Shown: positions 22,701-34,221, numbered from the stretch's first letter. The stretch is 64,000 bases of DNA from Gammaproteobacteria bacterium (GCA_947480335.1 CANKCB010000005.1:8018-72017); one strand, 5' to 3'. Made by a program: numbers and translations. The notes: a model not told the origin generated them from the sequence alone.

Positions 22701-24593
22701 ATGAGTATGGAAAATAACAAGCAAACACTGGGATTCCAGACAGAAGTACAGCAGTTACTTAATCTGATGATACATTCCTTGTATAGCAACAAGGAAATCT
22801 TCCTGCGTGAGCTGATATCGAATGCGTCGGATGCGGCTGACAAGTTACGCTTTGAAGCTATAAAAAACGACAGTTTGCTGGAACAGGATCCGGATCTATC
22901 TATCCGGATAGAATTTAACCCTGATCAAAAAACCATTACCGTTACTGATAATGGTATCGGTATGTCCCGTGAGGAAGTCATCGATAATCTGGGTACCATT
23001 GCCAAATCCGGAACCCGGCAGTTTTTTGAGAAACTGACAGGTGATCAGGGTAAGGACAGTCAGTTGATAGGCCAGTTTGGGGTCGGTTTTTATTCATCCT
23101 TTATTGTGGCCAACAAGGTTGAGGTATTGACTCGACGTGCCGGACTGCCTGCCGCAGAAGGCGTCCGGTGGATATCTTCCGGAGAAAGTGACTATACCAT
23201 TGAGTATGTTGAACATGCGCAACGTGGTACCAGTGTGATCCTGCATTTGCGTGAGGAGTCCAGTGAGTTTCTGGATGATTACCGGTTGCGTTCAATAATC
23301 AAACGTTATTCAGACCATATCTCTTTGCCTATCGTGATGCCTGGCGAAGGCGAGGATAAGGGGGATGAAACTGTCAACAGTGCCAGAGCCTTGTGGACCA
23401 GAAACCGGAAAGAAGTCACCGAGCAGGAATACCATGAGTTTTACAAGCATGTGGCCCATGACTATGAGGATCCGCTGGCCTGGTTACATAACAAGGTAGA
23501 GGGCAAGCTCGAATATTCCAGTCTGTTGTTCATTCCGGCGCGAGCACCCTTTGATTTATGGGATCGTGACCAGCGTCACGGGGTCAAGCTGTATGTACGC
23601 CGCGTCTTTATCATGGATGATGCCGAACAGTTGCTGCCGTCCTGGTTACGCTTCGTGCGTGGCGTAGTGGATTGTGGCGATTTGCCTCTGAATATATCCC
23701 GAGAGATCCTGCAACAGAATAAAACCATTGATTCTATCCGTTCCGGACTGACCCGAAAGATAGTTGAGTTGCTGTCGGGTATTGCCAGCAAGGAACCAGA
23801 GAAATATGCCAAATTCTGGAAAGTATTTGGCAAGGTCATTAAGGAAGGCGTGATTGATGATCCGACAGACAAGGATAAACGCGAAGAGCTGGCCGGTTTG
23901 TTCCGGTTTAGTTCGACCCAGGCGGAAACAGAGGAGCAAACTGTTTCCTTGCAGGACTATCTGTCCAGAATGAAACCAGGACAACAGGATATTTATTATA
24001 TCACTGCCGAGAACCTGAACACGGCCAGGAACAGCCCGCATCTGGAGGTGTTCAGGGACAAGGGTATCGAAGTCCTGCTGCTGACTGATCCGATCGATGA
24101 ATGGGTCACAAGTCATCTGTCCGAATTTAATGGCAAATCGCTAAAATCGGTAATGAAAGGTGAGCTTGATCTGGGAGAAATTGAAGCAGATAAAAAGGAT
24201 GACAAGGATAAAAAAGACGCGACTCTGGATGACAAGTTTGTTACCCGGCTCAAGGAAACCCTCGGCGAACGGGTCAAGGAGGTGCGTGTAACCAATCGCC
24301 TTACTTCTTCGCCGGCCTGTCTGGTGGCCGCTGACCATGAAATCGGCAGGCACTTGCAACAAATACTGAAAGCTTCAGGTCAGACCATGCCGGAATACAG
24401 ACCAATTCTGGAAATTAATCCGGGGCATCCGTTGGTGAAAATGTTGCAGACTAAACTGGATGACAGCCGGTTCACAGACTGGTCACACATCCTGTTTGAT
24501 CAGGCCTTGTTGAGTGAAGGTGGCAAACTGGATGATCCGGCGGGATTTGTCAAACGACTGAATGCAATCTTTATGGAGCTTGGAGCCGCTTGA
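22701..24593 (+). CDS. htpG: Chaperone HtpG (Hsp90)
   Basis: [36 protein letters not shown] is the Hsp90 N-terminal ATPase signature; 630 aa. Confidence 0.95.
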   Translation: MSMENNKQTLGFQTEVQQLLNLMIHSLYSNKEIFLRELISNASDAADKLRFEAIKNDSLLEQDPDLSIRIEFNPDQKTITVTDNGIGMSREEVIDNLGTIAKSGTRQFFEKLTGDQGKDSQLIGQFGVGFYSSFIVANKVEVLTRRAGLPAAEGVRWISSGESDYTIEYVEHAQRGTSVILHLREESSEFLDDYRLRSIIKRYSDHISLPIVMPGEGEDKGDETVNSARALWTRNRKEVTEQEYHEFYKHVAHDYEDPLAWLHNKVEGKLEYSSLLFIPARAPFDLWDRDQRHGVKLYVRRVFIMDDAEQLLPSWLRFVRGVVDCGDLPLNISREILQQNKTIDSIRSGLTRKIVELLSGIASKEPEKYAKFWKVFGKVIKEGVIDDPTDKDKREELAGLFRFSSTQAETEEQTVSLQDYLSRMKPGQQDIYYITAENLNTARNSPHLEVFRDKGIEVLLLTDPIDEWVTSHLSEFNGKSLKSVMKGELDLGEIEADKKDDKDKKDATLDDKFVTRLKETLGERVKEVRVTNRLTSSPACLVAADHEIGRHLQQILKASGQTMPEYRPILEINPGHPLVKMLQTKLDDSRFTDWSHILFDQALLSEGGKLDDPAGFVKRLNAIFMELGAA

Positions 24594-24677
24594 GTTAAAA
24601 TTAATTTACTGTATTTCTGTTGCTCAAATCGACTAGAATTGACGCAAGTTTCATAGATAGACACTTGCCGATTTTCT

Positions 24678-26309
24678 ATGCCGATTACTAAAATTGATTT
24701 CTCCAAGCTGCTGAAAGAAATCACCGATATAGGCATAGCCTTGTCCGGTGAAAAAGATCATACCCGTCTACTGGAAATGATCTTGCTGAAAGCCCAGCAG
24801 TTTACCCGGGCTGACGGAGGCAGTTTGTATATCAAAACTGACGATAACAAGCTCAAGTTTGAAATCATCCTGAATGAATCACTGGGTATCCACATGGGCG
24901 GTACCAGTGGCAAGCCTATCGATTTTTACCCTGTGTCACTCTACGATGCAGAAGGCAAGCCGAATACCAATATGGTGGCGGCATGGGCCGCTGTCAGCCG
25001 TCGCACCATCAATATCGAGGATGCCTATACCAACAAGGAATTCGATTTTTCAGGGACCCGCAGTTTTGATCAGAAAACCGGATATCGCTCCCGTTCCTTT
25101 CTGACGGTGCCGATGACGAATCATGAAAATGAACTGATTGGTGTCTTGCAGTTACTGAACGCAATTGATGGTGAAACCGGTCAGGTCACCAGTTTTGATG
25201 AACTGGATCAGCAGTTGGTTGAGTCGCTGGCGTCACAGGCGGCGGTGACGATTACCAATCGCAATCTGATTGATGCCCAGAAAAAGCTGTTTGATGCCTT
25301 TATCCAGCTGATTGCCGGAGCCATCGACGAGAAATCACCCTATACAGGCGGACATTGTCGCCGGGTACCGGTTATCACTACCATGCTGGCCAATGCGGCC
25401 AGCAGTATTGAAATTGGCCCATTAAGGAATTTCAGTATGACCGAAGAGCAGAAGTATGAGCTTGAGGTAGCGGCCTGGTTGCATGATTGCGGCAAGATAA
25501 CGACACCTGAGTATGTGGTGGACAAGGGGACCAAACTGGAGACGATTTTTGATCGTATCCATCTGATTGATACCCGCTTTGAAATTGTACGGCGTGATGC
25601 CATCATCCGGGCGATACGCAATAAACTGCAACTGGACGGCATCCATCTCGAAACAGCGCTTGAACAGGATGAACAACTACAACAAGAGCTGGCTCAAATC
25701 GAGGCTGATCGGGAACATGTGCGTAAGTGCAATATCGGTGGTGAACAAATATCCGCTGAGCATATAGACAGAATCAATCTAATCGCTGGCAGGACCTGGC
25801 AGCATACTTCAGGCAAAAACGAGAAACTGTTGCAGGATGAGGAAGTGCATAATCTGCAGATTGGTCGTGGCACACTCACTGTGCGCGAACGGGAAATTAT
25901 CAACAATCATGTCAGCGTCACCATCAAGATGCTTGAATCCCTGCCTTATCCCAAACATCTGCAACGCGTGCCGGAGTACGCCGGTGGACACCATGAGCGT
26001 ATGGACGGTACCGGATACCCGCATGGTCTGACCAAGGAAGAGATGTCCATCCCTGCACGTATGGTCGCTATAGCAGATGTATTTGAAGCATTGACAGCAA
26101 GTGACCGACCCTACAAGAAAGCCATGGGACTGTCCCAGTCGCTGACGATACTGGGCAAGATGAAACTGGAAGGCCATGTGGATCCGGATTTGTTTGATGT
26201 GTTTATCCATAAACAGGTTTATCTCGATTACGCCAGACAATATCTGAATCCGGAACAAATCGATGTCGTCGATATCAAGTCGATACCGGGTTATCGGCCA
26301 TTAACATAG
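24678..26309 (+). CDS. GAF-domain sensor fused to HD-GYP phosphohydrolase (c-di-GMP phosphodiesterase type)
   Basis: N-terminal GAF; HD motif AAWLHDCGK; a ~130 aa insertion; then HHERMDGTGYP GYP motif. Confidence 0.8.
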   Translation: MPITKIDFSKLLKEITDIGIALSGEKDHTRLLEMILLKAQQFTRADGGSLYIKTDDNKLKFEIILNESLGIHMGGTSGKPIDFYPVSLYDAEGKPNTNMVAAWAAVSRRTINIEDAYTNKEFDFSGTRSFDQKTGYRSRSFLTVPMTNHENELIGVLQLLNAIDGETGQVTSFDELDQQLVESLASQAAVTITNRNLIDAQKKLFDAFIQLIAGAIDEKSPYTGGHCRRVPVITTMLANAASSIEIGPLRNFSMTEEQKYELEVAAWLHDCGKITTPEYVVDKGTKLETIFDRIHLIDTRFEIVRRDAIIRAIRNKLQLDGIHLETALEQDEQLQQELAQIEADREHVRKCNIGGEQISAEHIDRINLIAGRTWQHTSGKNEKLLQDEEVHNLQIGRGTLTVREREIINNHVSVTIKMLESLPYPKHLQRVPEYAGGHHERMDGTGYPHGLTKEEMSIPARMVAIADVFEALTASDRPYKKAMGLSQSLTILGKMKLEGHVDPDLFDVFIHKQVYLDYARQYLNPEQIDVVDIKSIPGYRPLT

Positions 26310-26390
26310 TCGACAATCGCGACAGATCAGTGAGTTCCTTGCTGGTCTGGTTCAAAGATAGCGCAAACAGAGTGAGTACAGACCGAGTAG

Positions 26391-27290
26391 ATGTCCACTT
26401 CCATCGATAAATCGCCAAGCCTGCGCAAACTGATAATGGATATTGCCCATTTTTTCCGGCAAGCCGATATCTATTACGGGCATGGCACAGACAGTCCGGA
26501 TAATGAAGCTTTTTATCTGGTGCTGGCCAGTCTGGATTTGCCATTTGAGCTGACGGATAAACAGTTGCAGCAAAAACTGGCGCCGGAAGAGACCATGATG
26601 ATCTGGAAGCTGGCGACGCGGCGTGTAGAGGAACGAATCCCTGTCGCCTATCTGGTCAACAAGGCCTGGTTTGCCGGACTGCCCTTTTATGTTAATGAAA
26701 AGGTGTTGATTCCACGTTCTCCGATTGCTGAATTGATTGAAGAAAGTTTTGCACCCTGGGTGAGTGAATCCCGGGTTAAACGGGTACTGGATATCGGTAC
26801 CGGCAGCGCCTGTATAGCCATTGCCTGCGCGGCAGCCTTTCCTGAGGCCATTATCGATGCCGTTGATATTGATCCGGCCGCACTCGATGTCGCAAGAATC
26901 AATGTTGAGGCCTACCAGCTTGCTGATCGGGTCAGGCTGATACAATCTGATCTCTATGAAGCACTTGCAGACAATAACTATGATTTAATCATTGCCAATC
27001 CGCCTTATGTCGATGCGGACGATATGCAGTCACTGCCGATGGAGTTTCGTCATGAGCCGGCGCTTGCGCTCGCGGCAGGTGTGGATGGTCTGGATATCGT
27101 CCGCAGAATCATCAGGGAGTCGGGCAGGCATATGAACCAGGATGCTGTATTAATCGTCGAAGTCGGTAACAGCCAGCAGGCGATGGAATCGGCCTTTCCT
27201 GAGTTGCCGCTGATCTGGCTCGATTTTGAACGCGGTGGTGACGGGGTGTTTTTGCTCCATGCGGAAGATTTGGCTGACAATGATAAGTAG
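26391..27290 (+). CDS. prmB: Ribosomal protein L3 glutamine N5-methyltransferase
   Basis: HemK-like methyltransferase with VLDIGTGSACIAIA and NPPY motifs; immediately upstream of aroC as in E. coli. Confidence 0.85.
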   Translation: MSTSIDKSPSLRKLIMDIAHFFRQADIYYGHGTDSPDNEAFYLVLASLDLPFELTDKQLQQKLAPEETMMIWKLATRRVEERIPVAYLVNKAWFAGLPFYVNEKVLIPRSPIAELIEESFAPWVSESRVKRVLDIGTGSACIAIACAAAFPEAIIDAVDIDPAALDVARINVEAYQLADRVRLIQSDLYEALADNNYDLIIANPPYVDADDMQSLPMEFRHEPALALAAGVDGLDIVRRIIRESGRHMNQDAVLIVEVGNSQQAMESAFPELPLIWLDFERGGDGVFLLHAEDLADNDK

Positions 27291-27374
27291 AATTGAGTGT
27301 TAACTGGAAAACAGGATGACCTGGTTCAATGCTTGTATTTCTGTATGCATCTGCGCGACACATTAAGTCACCTT

Positions 27375-27394
27375 TCACCCCTCACGCCTCACAC
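27375..27394. repeat. Short inverted copy of GTGAGGR heptamer repeat (CACCCCTCACGCCTCACAC)
   Basis: Reverse complement is GTGTGAGGCGTGAGGGGTG, the same units as the arrays at 51.0 kb and 56.4 kb. Confidence 0.7.
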
Positions 27395-27418
27395 ATATAT
27401 CTGCTAGAATATTGAGCC

Positions 27419-28519
27419 ATGTCAGGCAATACTTTTGGAAAATTATTTACAGTCACAACCTGTGGTGAAAGCCACGGTTTGTCCTATCTTTGTATCGTCG
27501 ATGGTTGTCCTCCCGGAATCGAATTGACCGAGGCAGATATCCAGCAGGATCTGGATCGTCGTAAACCAGGAAAATCACGTCACGTAACCCAGCGCCAGGA
27601 ATCAGATACGGTACGTATCGTTTCCGGCGTATTTGAAGGTAAAACTACCGGAACCCCGATTGGTCTGGTCATCGACAATGAGGATCAGCGTTCGAAAGAC
27701 TATGCAAAGATCAAGGACAGATTTCGTCCTGGTCATGCGGACTACACTTATCTGCAAAAATATGGCATTCATGACTATCGTGGTGGTGGGCGTGCTTCGG
27801 CCCGTGAAACCTGTATGCGGGTAGCGGCTGGCGCCATTGCCAAAAAATACCTGAAAGAAAAAGCCGGGATCGTGGTAAAGGGTTATCTGGCTCAAATCGG
27901 TCCGTTGCATATTGAAATCAAGGACTGGTCAGAGGTGGAAAACAATCCGTTTTTCTGTCCTGATCCGGCACGGGTTGAGGAACTGGAAGCCTATATGGAT
28001 GCGTTGCGCAAGGAAGGTAATTCCATTGGTGCACGTATCAATGTGATCGCAGAAAATATTCCGGTTGGACTGGGTGAGCCGATTTTTGATCGGTTGGATG
28101 CGGATATTGCCAAAGCCTTGATGAGTATCAATGCGGTCAAGGGTGTCGAGATTGGTGCAGGCTTTGCTGCAATTGAACAGAAAGGTACAGTGCATCGTGA
28201 TGAAATGACCCCGCAAGGATTTCTGGGTAATAATTCTGGTGGCATACTCGGTGGCATTTCCAGCGGTCAGGATATTGTGGCCAGTATTGCGCTGAAGCCG
28301 ACTTCCAGTATTCGTCTGCCCGGACAGACAGTTGATATACATGGTGAGGCAGTTGAGGTGGTTACCACTGGACGGCATGATCCCTGTGTCGGAATCCGGG
28401 CTGTGCCCATTGCTGAAGCGATGCTGGCACTGGTCTTGATGGATCACTATTTACGCCATCGCGCACAGAACGCGGATGTTATTCCGCCGGTGCCGGTAGT
28501 ACCCCGCCGTATTGATTAA
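27419..28519 (+). CDS. aroC: Chorismate synthase
   Basis: [21 protein letters not shown]-terminus; 366 aa. Confidence 0.95.
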   Translation: MSGNTFGKLFTVTTCGESHGLSYLCIVDGCPPGIELTEADIQQDLDRRKPGKSRHVTQRQESDTVRIVSGVFEGKTTGTPIGLVIDNEDQRSKDYAKIKDRFRPGHADYTYLQKYGIHDYRGGGRASARETCMRVAAGAIAKKYLKEKAGIVVKGYLAQIGPLHIEIKDWSEVENNPFFCPDPARVEELEAYMDALRKEGNSIGARINVIAENIPVGLGEPIFDRLDADIAKALMSINAVKGVEIGAGFAAIEQKGTVHRDEMTPQGFLGNNSGGILGGISSGQDIVASIALKPTSSIRLPGQTVDIHGEAVEVVTTGRHDPCVGIRAVPIAEAMLALVLMDHYLRHRAQNADVIPPVPVVPRRID

Positions 28520-28526
28520 CCGGGTG

Positions 28527-28904
28527 TCAGGTGGGTTTCGTCCCTGATTCGGGTAATTGAACTCGCAATAACAGCCCAGCCAGTAAATATCCCAGGTTGC
28601 TCAGACCGACCCAGCGTATCCAGTAAGGTACACCAATCAAATACAGTCCCACTGGCAAAAAAGCGACCACAAACAGGACCAGCAGCATGGTACTGTTTGC
28701 CTTGATTGAGGCAATTACTACCACCGCACCGATAAGCAGCATCAACAATACCACAGCAAAACTGGCTGTAGATAATGTAAATCCGGCAGCTGGGTCCCAG
28801 ATGGCGGCCGTCCATAACAGGCAGGAAACAATACCGGAGATCATGCCGATGATACGACCTGAGGTATGCAGCAATTTGATAGTCTGTTCCGGTAAATGGC
28901 TCAT
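28527..28904 (-). CDS. Small hypothetical membrane protein (3-4 TM helices)
   Basis: Hydrophobic 125-132 aa ORF; start ambiguous (Met at 28925 or 28904). Confidence 0.45.
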   Translation of the reverse strand: MSHLPEQTIKLLHTSGRIIGMISGIVSCLLWTAAIWDPAAGFTLSTASFAVVLLMLLIGAVVVIASIKANSTMLLVLFVVAFLPVGLYLIGVPYWIRWVGLSNLGYLLAGLLLRVQLPESGTKPT

Positions 28905-29080
28905 GTAACAGAGTATAGCAACCACTTGCCCGTGACGGCTATCCGGAAACTGTGTCTACAGGTAACCTTACAGATAGGGAGTGTCACCCGGCTGCCAGCA
29001 ATAGTAGAATGTCCCGCAATAACTGATGCGCAGGCATCAGCCCGTCATGTCCGACCCGGAACAGGCCAGGAGAGTAAACT

Positions 29081-30529
29081 ATGGACATTGCCAGCAAACA
29101 ATTGCAACACCAGGAAACCCTGGAAACCACGGCGCATGAGATCGCGGCGCTACTTGGCAAACAACAACTCATCCAGGACCTGTCACGTCGGCAATCCTCC
29201 AGTCCAAAACAGGAAGTACTCGATACCCTGTTGACTCGACAGCATGATGCTGAACTGAAAGCCCGATTGCACAAATTACATCCGGCTGACATAGCCTACG
29301 TACTTGAAAGCTTACCACCGGAAGAGCGTGATCGTTTATGGAACCTGATAGATAACCGAGAACGTGGGGCTGTCATTATGGAACTTGCAGACAGTGTACG
29401 CAGTTCGTTGCTGGATGCGATGGATGCCAGTCAGATTGTGCAGATTGCTGAAACTCTGGATGCGGCGCAGGTTCCCGAATTTCTTTCAACCCTTTCCGAT
29501 GAAGTAGCAGACATTATCACATCCGGGTTGAAGCAGGATCGGGTGGCGGATATCCATAGCACATCAGGTTTTCCGGAAGACAGCGTGGGTTCGTTGATGG
29601 ATCAGAATATGATTCGTATCCGCGAGGATATGAGTCTTGCCAGCGTGATGCTGCTGTTAAGGGAAAAACAGGATTTGTATCAGAGCTTTGATCAGGTATA
29701 TGTGGTGGGTGAAAATAATGTGTATAAAGGATGTGTCGATCTGAAGCATCTGTTATTCAATCCTCCTGAAACCAGTATTCGGGAAATTGTGGAGCAGGAT
29801 CGGCTGGCATTCTTTACCAACGATCCAGCCGTCAATGCCGTCAGTGCGTTTGAACGCTATGACATGTTGGCTGCACCGGTGCTGAATATCCATAATCAGG
29901 TGGTGGGTAATATCTCGGTCAACAGTGTTATGGACTTTATGGATGAGTCGCGTGAAATCCAGCAGTTGAAGTCGGTTGGTTTGAGTGAAGAAGAAGAAAT
30001 ATTTACACCGGTCTGGAAAAGTGCCAGAAATCGCTGGGTCTGGTTGGGACTGAATCTGCTGACTGCATTTTTTGCTTCCCGCGTTATCGGTGCTTTCGAA
30101 GGCACTATCAGCCAGCTGGTAGCTCTGGCGACACTGATGCCGATTGTTGCCAGTGTGGGTGGTAATACCGGTAACCAGACGGTCGCCATCATGATTCGCG
30201 GTTTGACCCTGAAACAAATTAACCGGGACAATGTTGTCCGGTTTTTTATCAAGGAAGCCAATGTGGGTATGGTAAATGGACTGCTCTGGGGAATTGCAGT
30301 GGCGATCTTTGCCTATATGTTTTACGGCAGCTATGCGCTGTCACTGGTGTTGTTGATGGCAATGGTGGCCTGTTTGTTGATATCAGCTGCCGCAGGTGTT
30401 TTCATTCCATACTTATTGAGTCGCTACGGCAGGGATCCGATTATGGGTAGCAGTGTGTTGTTGACGGCTGTTACAGACAGTATGGGCTTCTTTATCTTTT
30501 TGGGGCTGGCGAGCTTGTATCTTATCTAG
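29081..30529 (+). CDS. mgtE: Magnesium transporter MgtE
   Basis: N-terminal MgtE_N domain, tandem CBS domains, C-terminal membrane domain with GNTGNQ motif. Confidence 0.9.
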   Translation: MDIASKQLQHQETLETTAHEIAALLGKQQLIQDLSRRQSSSPKQEVLDTLLTRQHDAELKARLHKLHPADIAYVLESLPPEERDRLWNLIDNRERGAVIMELADSVRSSLLDAMDASQIVQIAETLDAAQVPEFLSTLSDEVADIITSGLKQDRVADIHSTSGFPEDSVGSLMDQNMIRIREDMSLASVMLLLREKQDLYQSFDQVYVVGENNVYKGCVDLKHLLFNPPETSIREIVEQDRLAFFTNDPAVNAVSAFERYDMLAAPVLNIHNQVVGNISVNSVMDFMDESREIQQLKSVGLSEEEEIFTPVWKSARNRWVWLGLNLLTAFFASRVIGAFEGTISQLVALATLMPIVASVGGNTGNQTVAIMIRGLTLKQINRDNVVRFFIKEANVGMVNGLLWGIAVAIFAYMFYGSYALSLVLLMAMVACLLISAAAGVFIPYLLSRYGRDPIMGSSVLLTAVTDSMGFFIFLGLASLYLI

Positions 30530-31247
30530 ATCTGCGCTGGACAGACACGGGACGCAGCTTGTCATTTATACAGGATTCAATCCTGTCAGCGACATCCTCA
30601 ACTGAATCAGAAATAAGATCCGGCGGTACGTCACCTTGTTTGATGAGACGTTCACGGTTATCAAAACCGTAACTGGCCATGATTATATTGTCGTAACCGG
30701 TATCACTGGCGGCACGATAATCCCCAATTTCATCAGCCCCAAACAGCGTGGTCTGATAGCGATTTGAATTCATGCCTTCCAGCACTTCATGTTTTTTACC
30801 GCCAACCGGGATCGGAATAACAAAGTCGAGATCCTTTTCATTTACATTACTGTTTCGCAACACTCGTCGGATGGTAATACCCGGGTTGTGAGTGAAATTA
30901 CGACTGATAATGCCGACATGACAATTGGGTTTTTCAATCAGCCTGTTGAGCAACGCCGTAAATTGGGGGTAGATTTTGCCTTCATCCATGTAGATATCAG
31001 TCAGCTTTTTTCTTATTTTCTGTTTTTTGGGTAACGTGTACGACACCAGATTGCCAAGAAATTCCTTGCCACCGCCCATATATTTCAGGAATTTACGACG
31101 GTGACGGAATCGTTCCACATCACCAAGATCCAGCCCGAATTCGATAAAGGTGGTTTTCATCAACTGGTATGAATCAACCAGAAATCCGTCAAAGTCCAGA
31201 ACAGTCAGAATCCGTTTTTGTCCAGACAGGGCAATTTGTTTACGCAT
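30522..31247 (-). CDS. HAD-IA family hydrolase (phosphatase)
   Basis: LDFDGFLVDS is HAD motif I (DxDGxLxDS); 241 aa; last gene of the ligase-GT-HAD operon. Confidence 0.7.
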   Translation of the reverse strand: MRKQIALSGQKRILTVLDFDGFLVDSYQLMKTTFIEFGLDLGDVERFRHRRKFLKYMGGGKEFLGNLVSYTLPKKQKIRKKLTDIYMDEGKIYPQFTALLNRLIEKPNCHVGIISRNFTHNPGITIRRVLRNSNVNEKDLDFVIPIPVGGKKHEVLEGMNSNRYQTTLFGADEIGDYRAASDTGYDNIIMASYGFDNRERLIKQGDVPPDLISDSVEDVADRIESCINDKLRPVSVQRRSR

Positions 31248-31252
31248 CGGAA

Positions 31253-32416
31253 TCAGTGCCTGCTGGCCTGGCGGATAGTATCCGCATAAAAATTAACAGC
31301 TTTTTCTGCAAAGGCTCGTGCTGACCAACTGGTCGAATATGCATACGCTTCAGCTGAAACCCGCGCATGAAATTCATTATCCTGTAACAGGCTTCTTACC
31401 TTGCCAGCAAATTCGTGTTTATCCTCGCGTGATATCAGTGCACCCTTGTTGGCGCGCAAGATATCACGTGTCCCAAGTTCGGCGATGGAAACGACCGGTA
31501 TGGCCTGAGCCATTGCTTCCAGCAATACCAGTCCCTGGGTTTCAGTACGGGAACCGAATACAAATACATTACCGGCTCGATAGCAATCCAGCAGTTCAGT
31601 GGATCGTTCCAGATAGCCTACAAACAATACATGGTGGATCAGATTAAGTCTGGTAACCAGTTGCCGCAAATGATTTTCTGCAGGACCCTCACCGGCAATG
31701 ATTAACAACACATCCGGTATGCTATGCCGCAATACATCCAGCATGTGCAACAGGAAGTCGATATTCTTTTCATGCGCAACCCGACCAATGTGTACCAGTA
31801 CCGGACGAGCTGGGTCAATATTGTGTTTTTGACGAAAAGATTTGCCATTCCCTGGTGTGAACAGCTGCTGGTCGATACCCGTGGCAATAACTTCAACTGG
31901 TCGTTTGATTCCGTAATTCTGTAATATCTCCAGCATGGCCAGTGATGGCACTATCACGGCATCGACATCATTACATTGGAGTCGATTGATTAAGCGTGAT
32001 CCGTGCCGCAGGATTGAACGAGGTACCCAGGGCAGATAATGATGGAAGTATTCTTCAAAATGCGTGTGGTAGGTAACAACCCTGGGCAACTTAAGCGCCT
32101 TGGACAAGGCTATACCGGCATAATGAGCCATGAACGGCGTCTGGATATGCAGTAAATCAAACTTGCGATCGGACAGAACAGAAGTCAGTGTCGAAATAAA
32201 TTTATATTTCATAATTCTGTCTTCCGGATCCAGAGGAACTGTCCACGCTGGAATCCGGATTATCCAGTCTTCCTGACAATCATTGTTCAGGTATTGCGGT
32301 GCGATCAGGGTGATCTGGTGACCGAGATTAATGAGTTCGTTACGAAAAGTTCTGATGGAGGTAGATACGCCGTTTATGCGGGGAAAGTACACATCCGATA
32401 TCATCAAGATATGCAT
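31253..32416 (-). CDS. Family 1/GT4 glycosyltransferase
   Basis: MHILMISDVYFPRINGVS N-terminus and C-terminal EX7E region (GSRTETQGLVLLEAMAQAIPVV); start set at the internal Met 32416. Confidence 0.8.
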   Translation of the reverse strand: MHILMISDVYFPRINGVSTSIRTFRNELINLGHQITLIAPQYLNNDCQEDWIIRIPAWTVPLDPEDRIMKYKFISTLTSVLSDRKFDLLHIQTPFMAHYAGIALSKALKLPRVVTYHTHFEEYFHHYLPWVPRSILRHGSRLINRLQCNDVDAVIVPSLAMLEILQNYGIKRPVEVIATGIDQQLFTPGNGKSFRQKHNIDPARPVLVHIGRVAHEKNIDFLLHMLDVLRHSIPDVLLIIAGEGPAENHLRQLVTRLNLIHHVLFVGYLERSTELLDCYRAGNVFVFGSRTETQGLVLLEAMAQAIPVVSIAELGTRDILRANKGALISREDKHEFAGKVRSLLQDNEFHARVSAEAYAYSTSWSARAFAEKAVNFYADTIRQASRH

Positions 32417-32579
32417 GATAATTGACCTTTCAACTCGTGCGCCTGCATAGTGGCGCTGACTGTGCATTTTTAATATGACAGCTTGATGAAAGATTATGAC
32501 GGTTCAGTTCAGACTAGGTACTCTGAACTGACGCAAGATTCAAATGTAGATCCTGGTCAGTTGAAAGGGGTGACGTCGA

Positions 32580-34076
32580 TTATGCCGACAGGAGTTTTTT
32601 CAGATCAGGTTTGGTTACTTTGCCCATCGCGTTGCGTGGCAGTGTTTCCCGTATCACCATTCGTTTCGGGATTTTGTAAGGTGACATTCTGGTTTCGCAC
32701 CAGACTTTCAAACCTTCATACTCCAGATTGTCGCCAGATTTTAATACTATAAAAGCGGTGACTGCTTCACCCCAGGTATCGTCTTCCACTCCGACAACAG
32801 CACATTCGGCAATTGCATCATGCGTCAATAGTGTGCCTTCGATTTCCAGTGCAGACAGTTTGTAACCACCCGACTTGATGATGTCTACGGATGAACGACC
32901 CATGATGCGGTAATAACCGGACTCGAGTACCGCCACATCGCCAGTGCAGAACCAGCCCTCGTGGAAACTGTTTGTTGTCGCCTCCTGGTTTTGCCAGTAT
33001 TCAATAAAGACATTGTCACCCTGGATGCGGATTTCTCCCGGTGTATCCTCTCGGGTGATTTGACGGTGATCCTCATCAAACAGGGCAACACGGACACCCG
33101 GTAACGGTATGCCAACCGCCCCCGCACGTCGTTCACCGTTATACGGATTGGCAATCGCCATGCCGATTTCAGTCATACCATAACGCTCCAGCAGCGTTTG
33201 TCCGGTCAGGTCCAGCCAGTCGTTATACACCTTCACCGGGCAGGCGGCCGAGCCGGAGACATTCAGTCGCATCGCAGCAAAGCCGGAGCAAATCAATTCG
33301 CGTTGTTCTGCATCGAGCGTATCCAGATACATGATGATTTTGACATAGATAGTTGGTACCGCCATGAAGACACTGTAGCGATGTTGACTGATCTGTTGCA
33401 GGAGGGGTTCCATGTCGAATTTTGGAAACAGGGTGATGGTCGCCCCTGCCCATAGTCCACAACAGAGTACATTGATAATTCCATGGATATGGTGTAATGG
33501 CAGGAACAGGGGAATAGTATCGTCCGCTTCCCAGGCCCAGGCTGCGGTCAGCGTGCGTACTTGAGCGCGTATCGTTTTATGTGCACTAACGACACCTTTC
33601 GGTTTGCTGGTAGTGCCACTGGTAAACAAAATCATGGCACGCCTATCCGGCTGTGGCAGCGGAGGTAGCTGCAGTGCCGCCGGCTGAGGTTGTTCCAGTG
33701 TCAGAATCTCAATCTGGAGCGAGGTGCAAAGATCGACCAGTCTTGGCAGGTATTCTTTTACGGTCAACAAGCGGGTTACCCCCGCCGTGGCGAGCGCGTG
33801 TTCAAGTTCTGGCAAGGCTGCACTTACGTTCAGTGGCACGGCTATCCCGCCGGCACGCCAGATGGCGAAAAGGGCTGTTACATAATGCAGGCTGGCCGGG
33901 ACAAAAAAAGCAATGCGTTCCTCGTTTAAATCTGCCCTGTTAATTAACAAACTGCTGACCAGTTCTTCTATACACCGATTCAGCGTGGCATAACTGATGG
34001 ATATGCTGCCGTCAATCAGCGCTGTTTTGTTGTTGTTATTATTTAGATGAGGGAACCACATCGTATTGTCAGTCAT
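32580..34076 (-). CDS. AMP-dependent acyl-CoA synthetase/ligase (MatB/long-chain-fatty-acid-CoA-ligase-like)
   Basis: AMP-binding motif ILFTSGTTSKPKGV, plus the GWFCTGD and GYKLSALEIE motifs; poly-Asn run near the N-terminus. Confidence 0.85.
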   Translation of the reverse strand: MTDNTMWFPHLNNNNNKTALIDGSISISYATLNRCIEELVSSLLINRADLNEERIAFFVPASLHYVTALFAIWRAGGIAVPLNVSAALPELEHALATAGVTRLLTVKEYLPRLVDLCTSLQIEILTLEQPQPAALQLPPLPQPDRRAMILFTSGTTSKPKGVVSAHKTIRAQVRTLTAAWAWEADDTIPLFLPLHHIHGIINVLCCGLWAGATITLFPKFDMEPLLQQISQHRYSVFMAVPTIYVKIIMYLDTLDAEQRELICSGFAAMRLNVSGSAACPVKVYNDWLDLTGQTLLERYGMTEIGMAIANPYNGERRAGAVGIPLPGVRVALFDEDHRQITREDTPGEIRIQGDNVFIEYWQNQEATTNSFHEGWFCTGDVAVLESGYYRIMGRSSVDIIKSGGYKLSALEIEGTLLTHDAIAECAVVGVEDDTWGEAVTAFIVLKSGDNLEYEGLKVWCETRMSPYKIPKRMVIRETLPRNAMGKVTKPDLKKLLSA

Positions 34077-34221
34077 AATTTAAATTGTCTATCCAGAATC
34101 GTTATCCAGGCAACTGACAGTATAGTCGTGTCAGTGCTGCAATAATACCGGTCAGTGTAACCTGAAGCATCCTCGTTGAAGTGGATAAATTGTGATTGCA
34201 GGATTCTGTACAGCTCACTAT

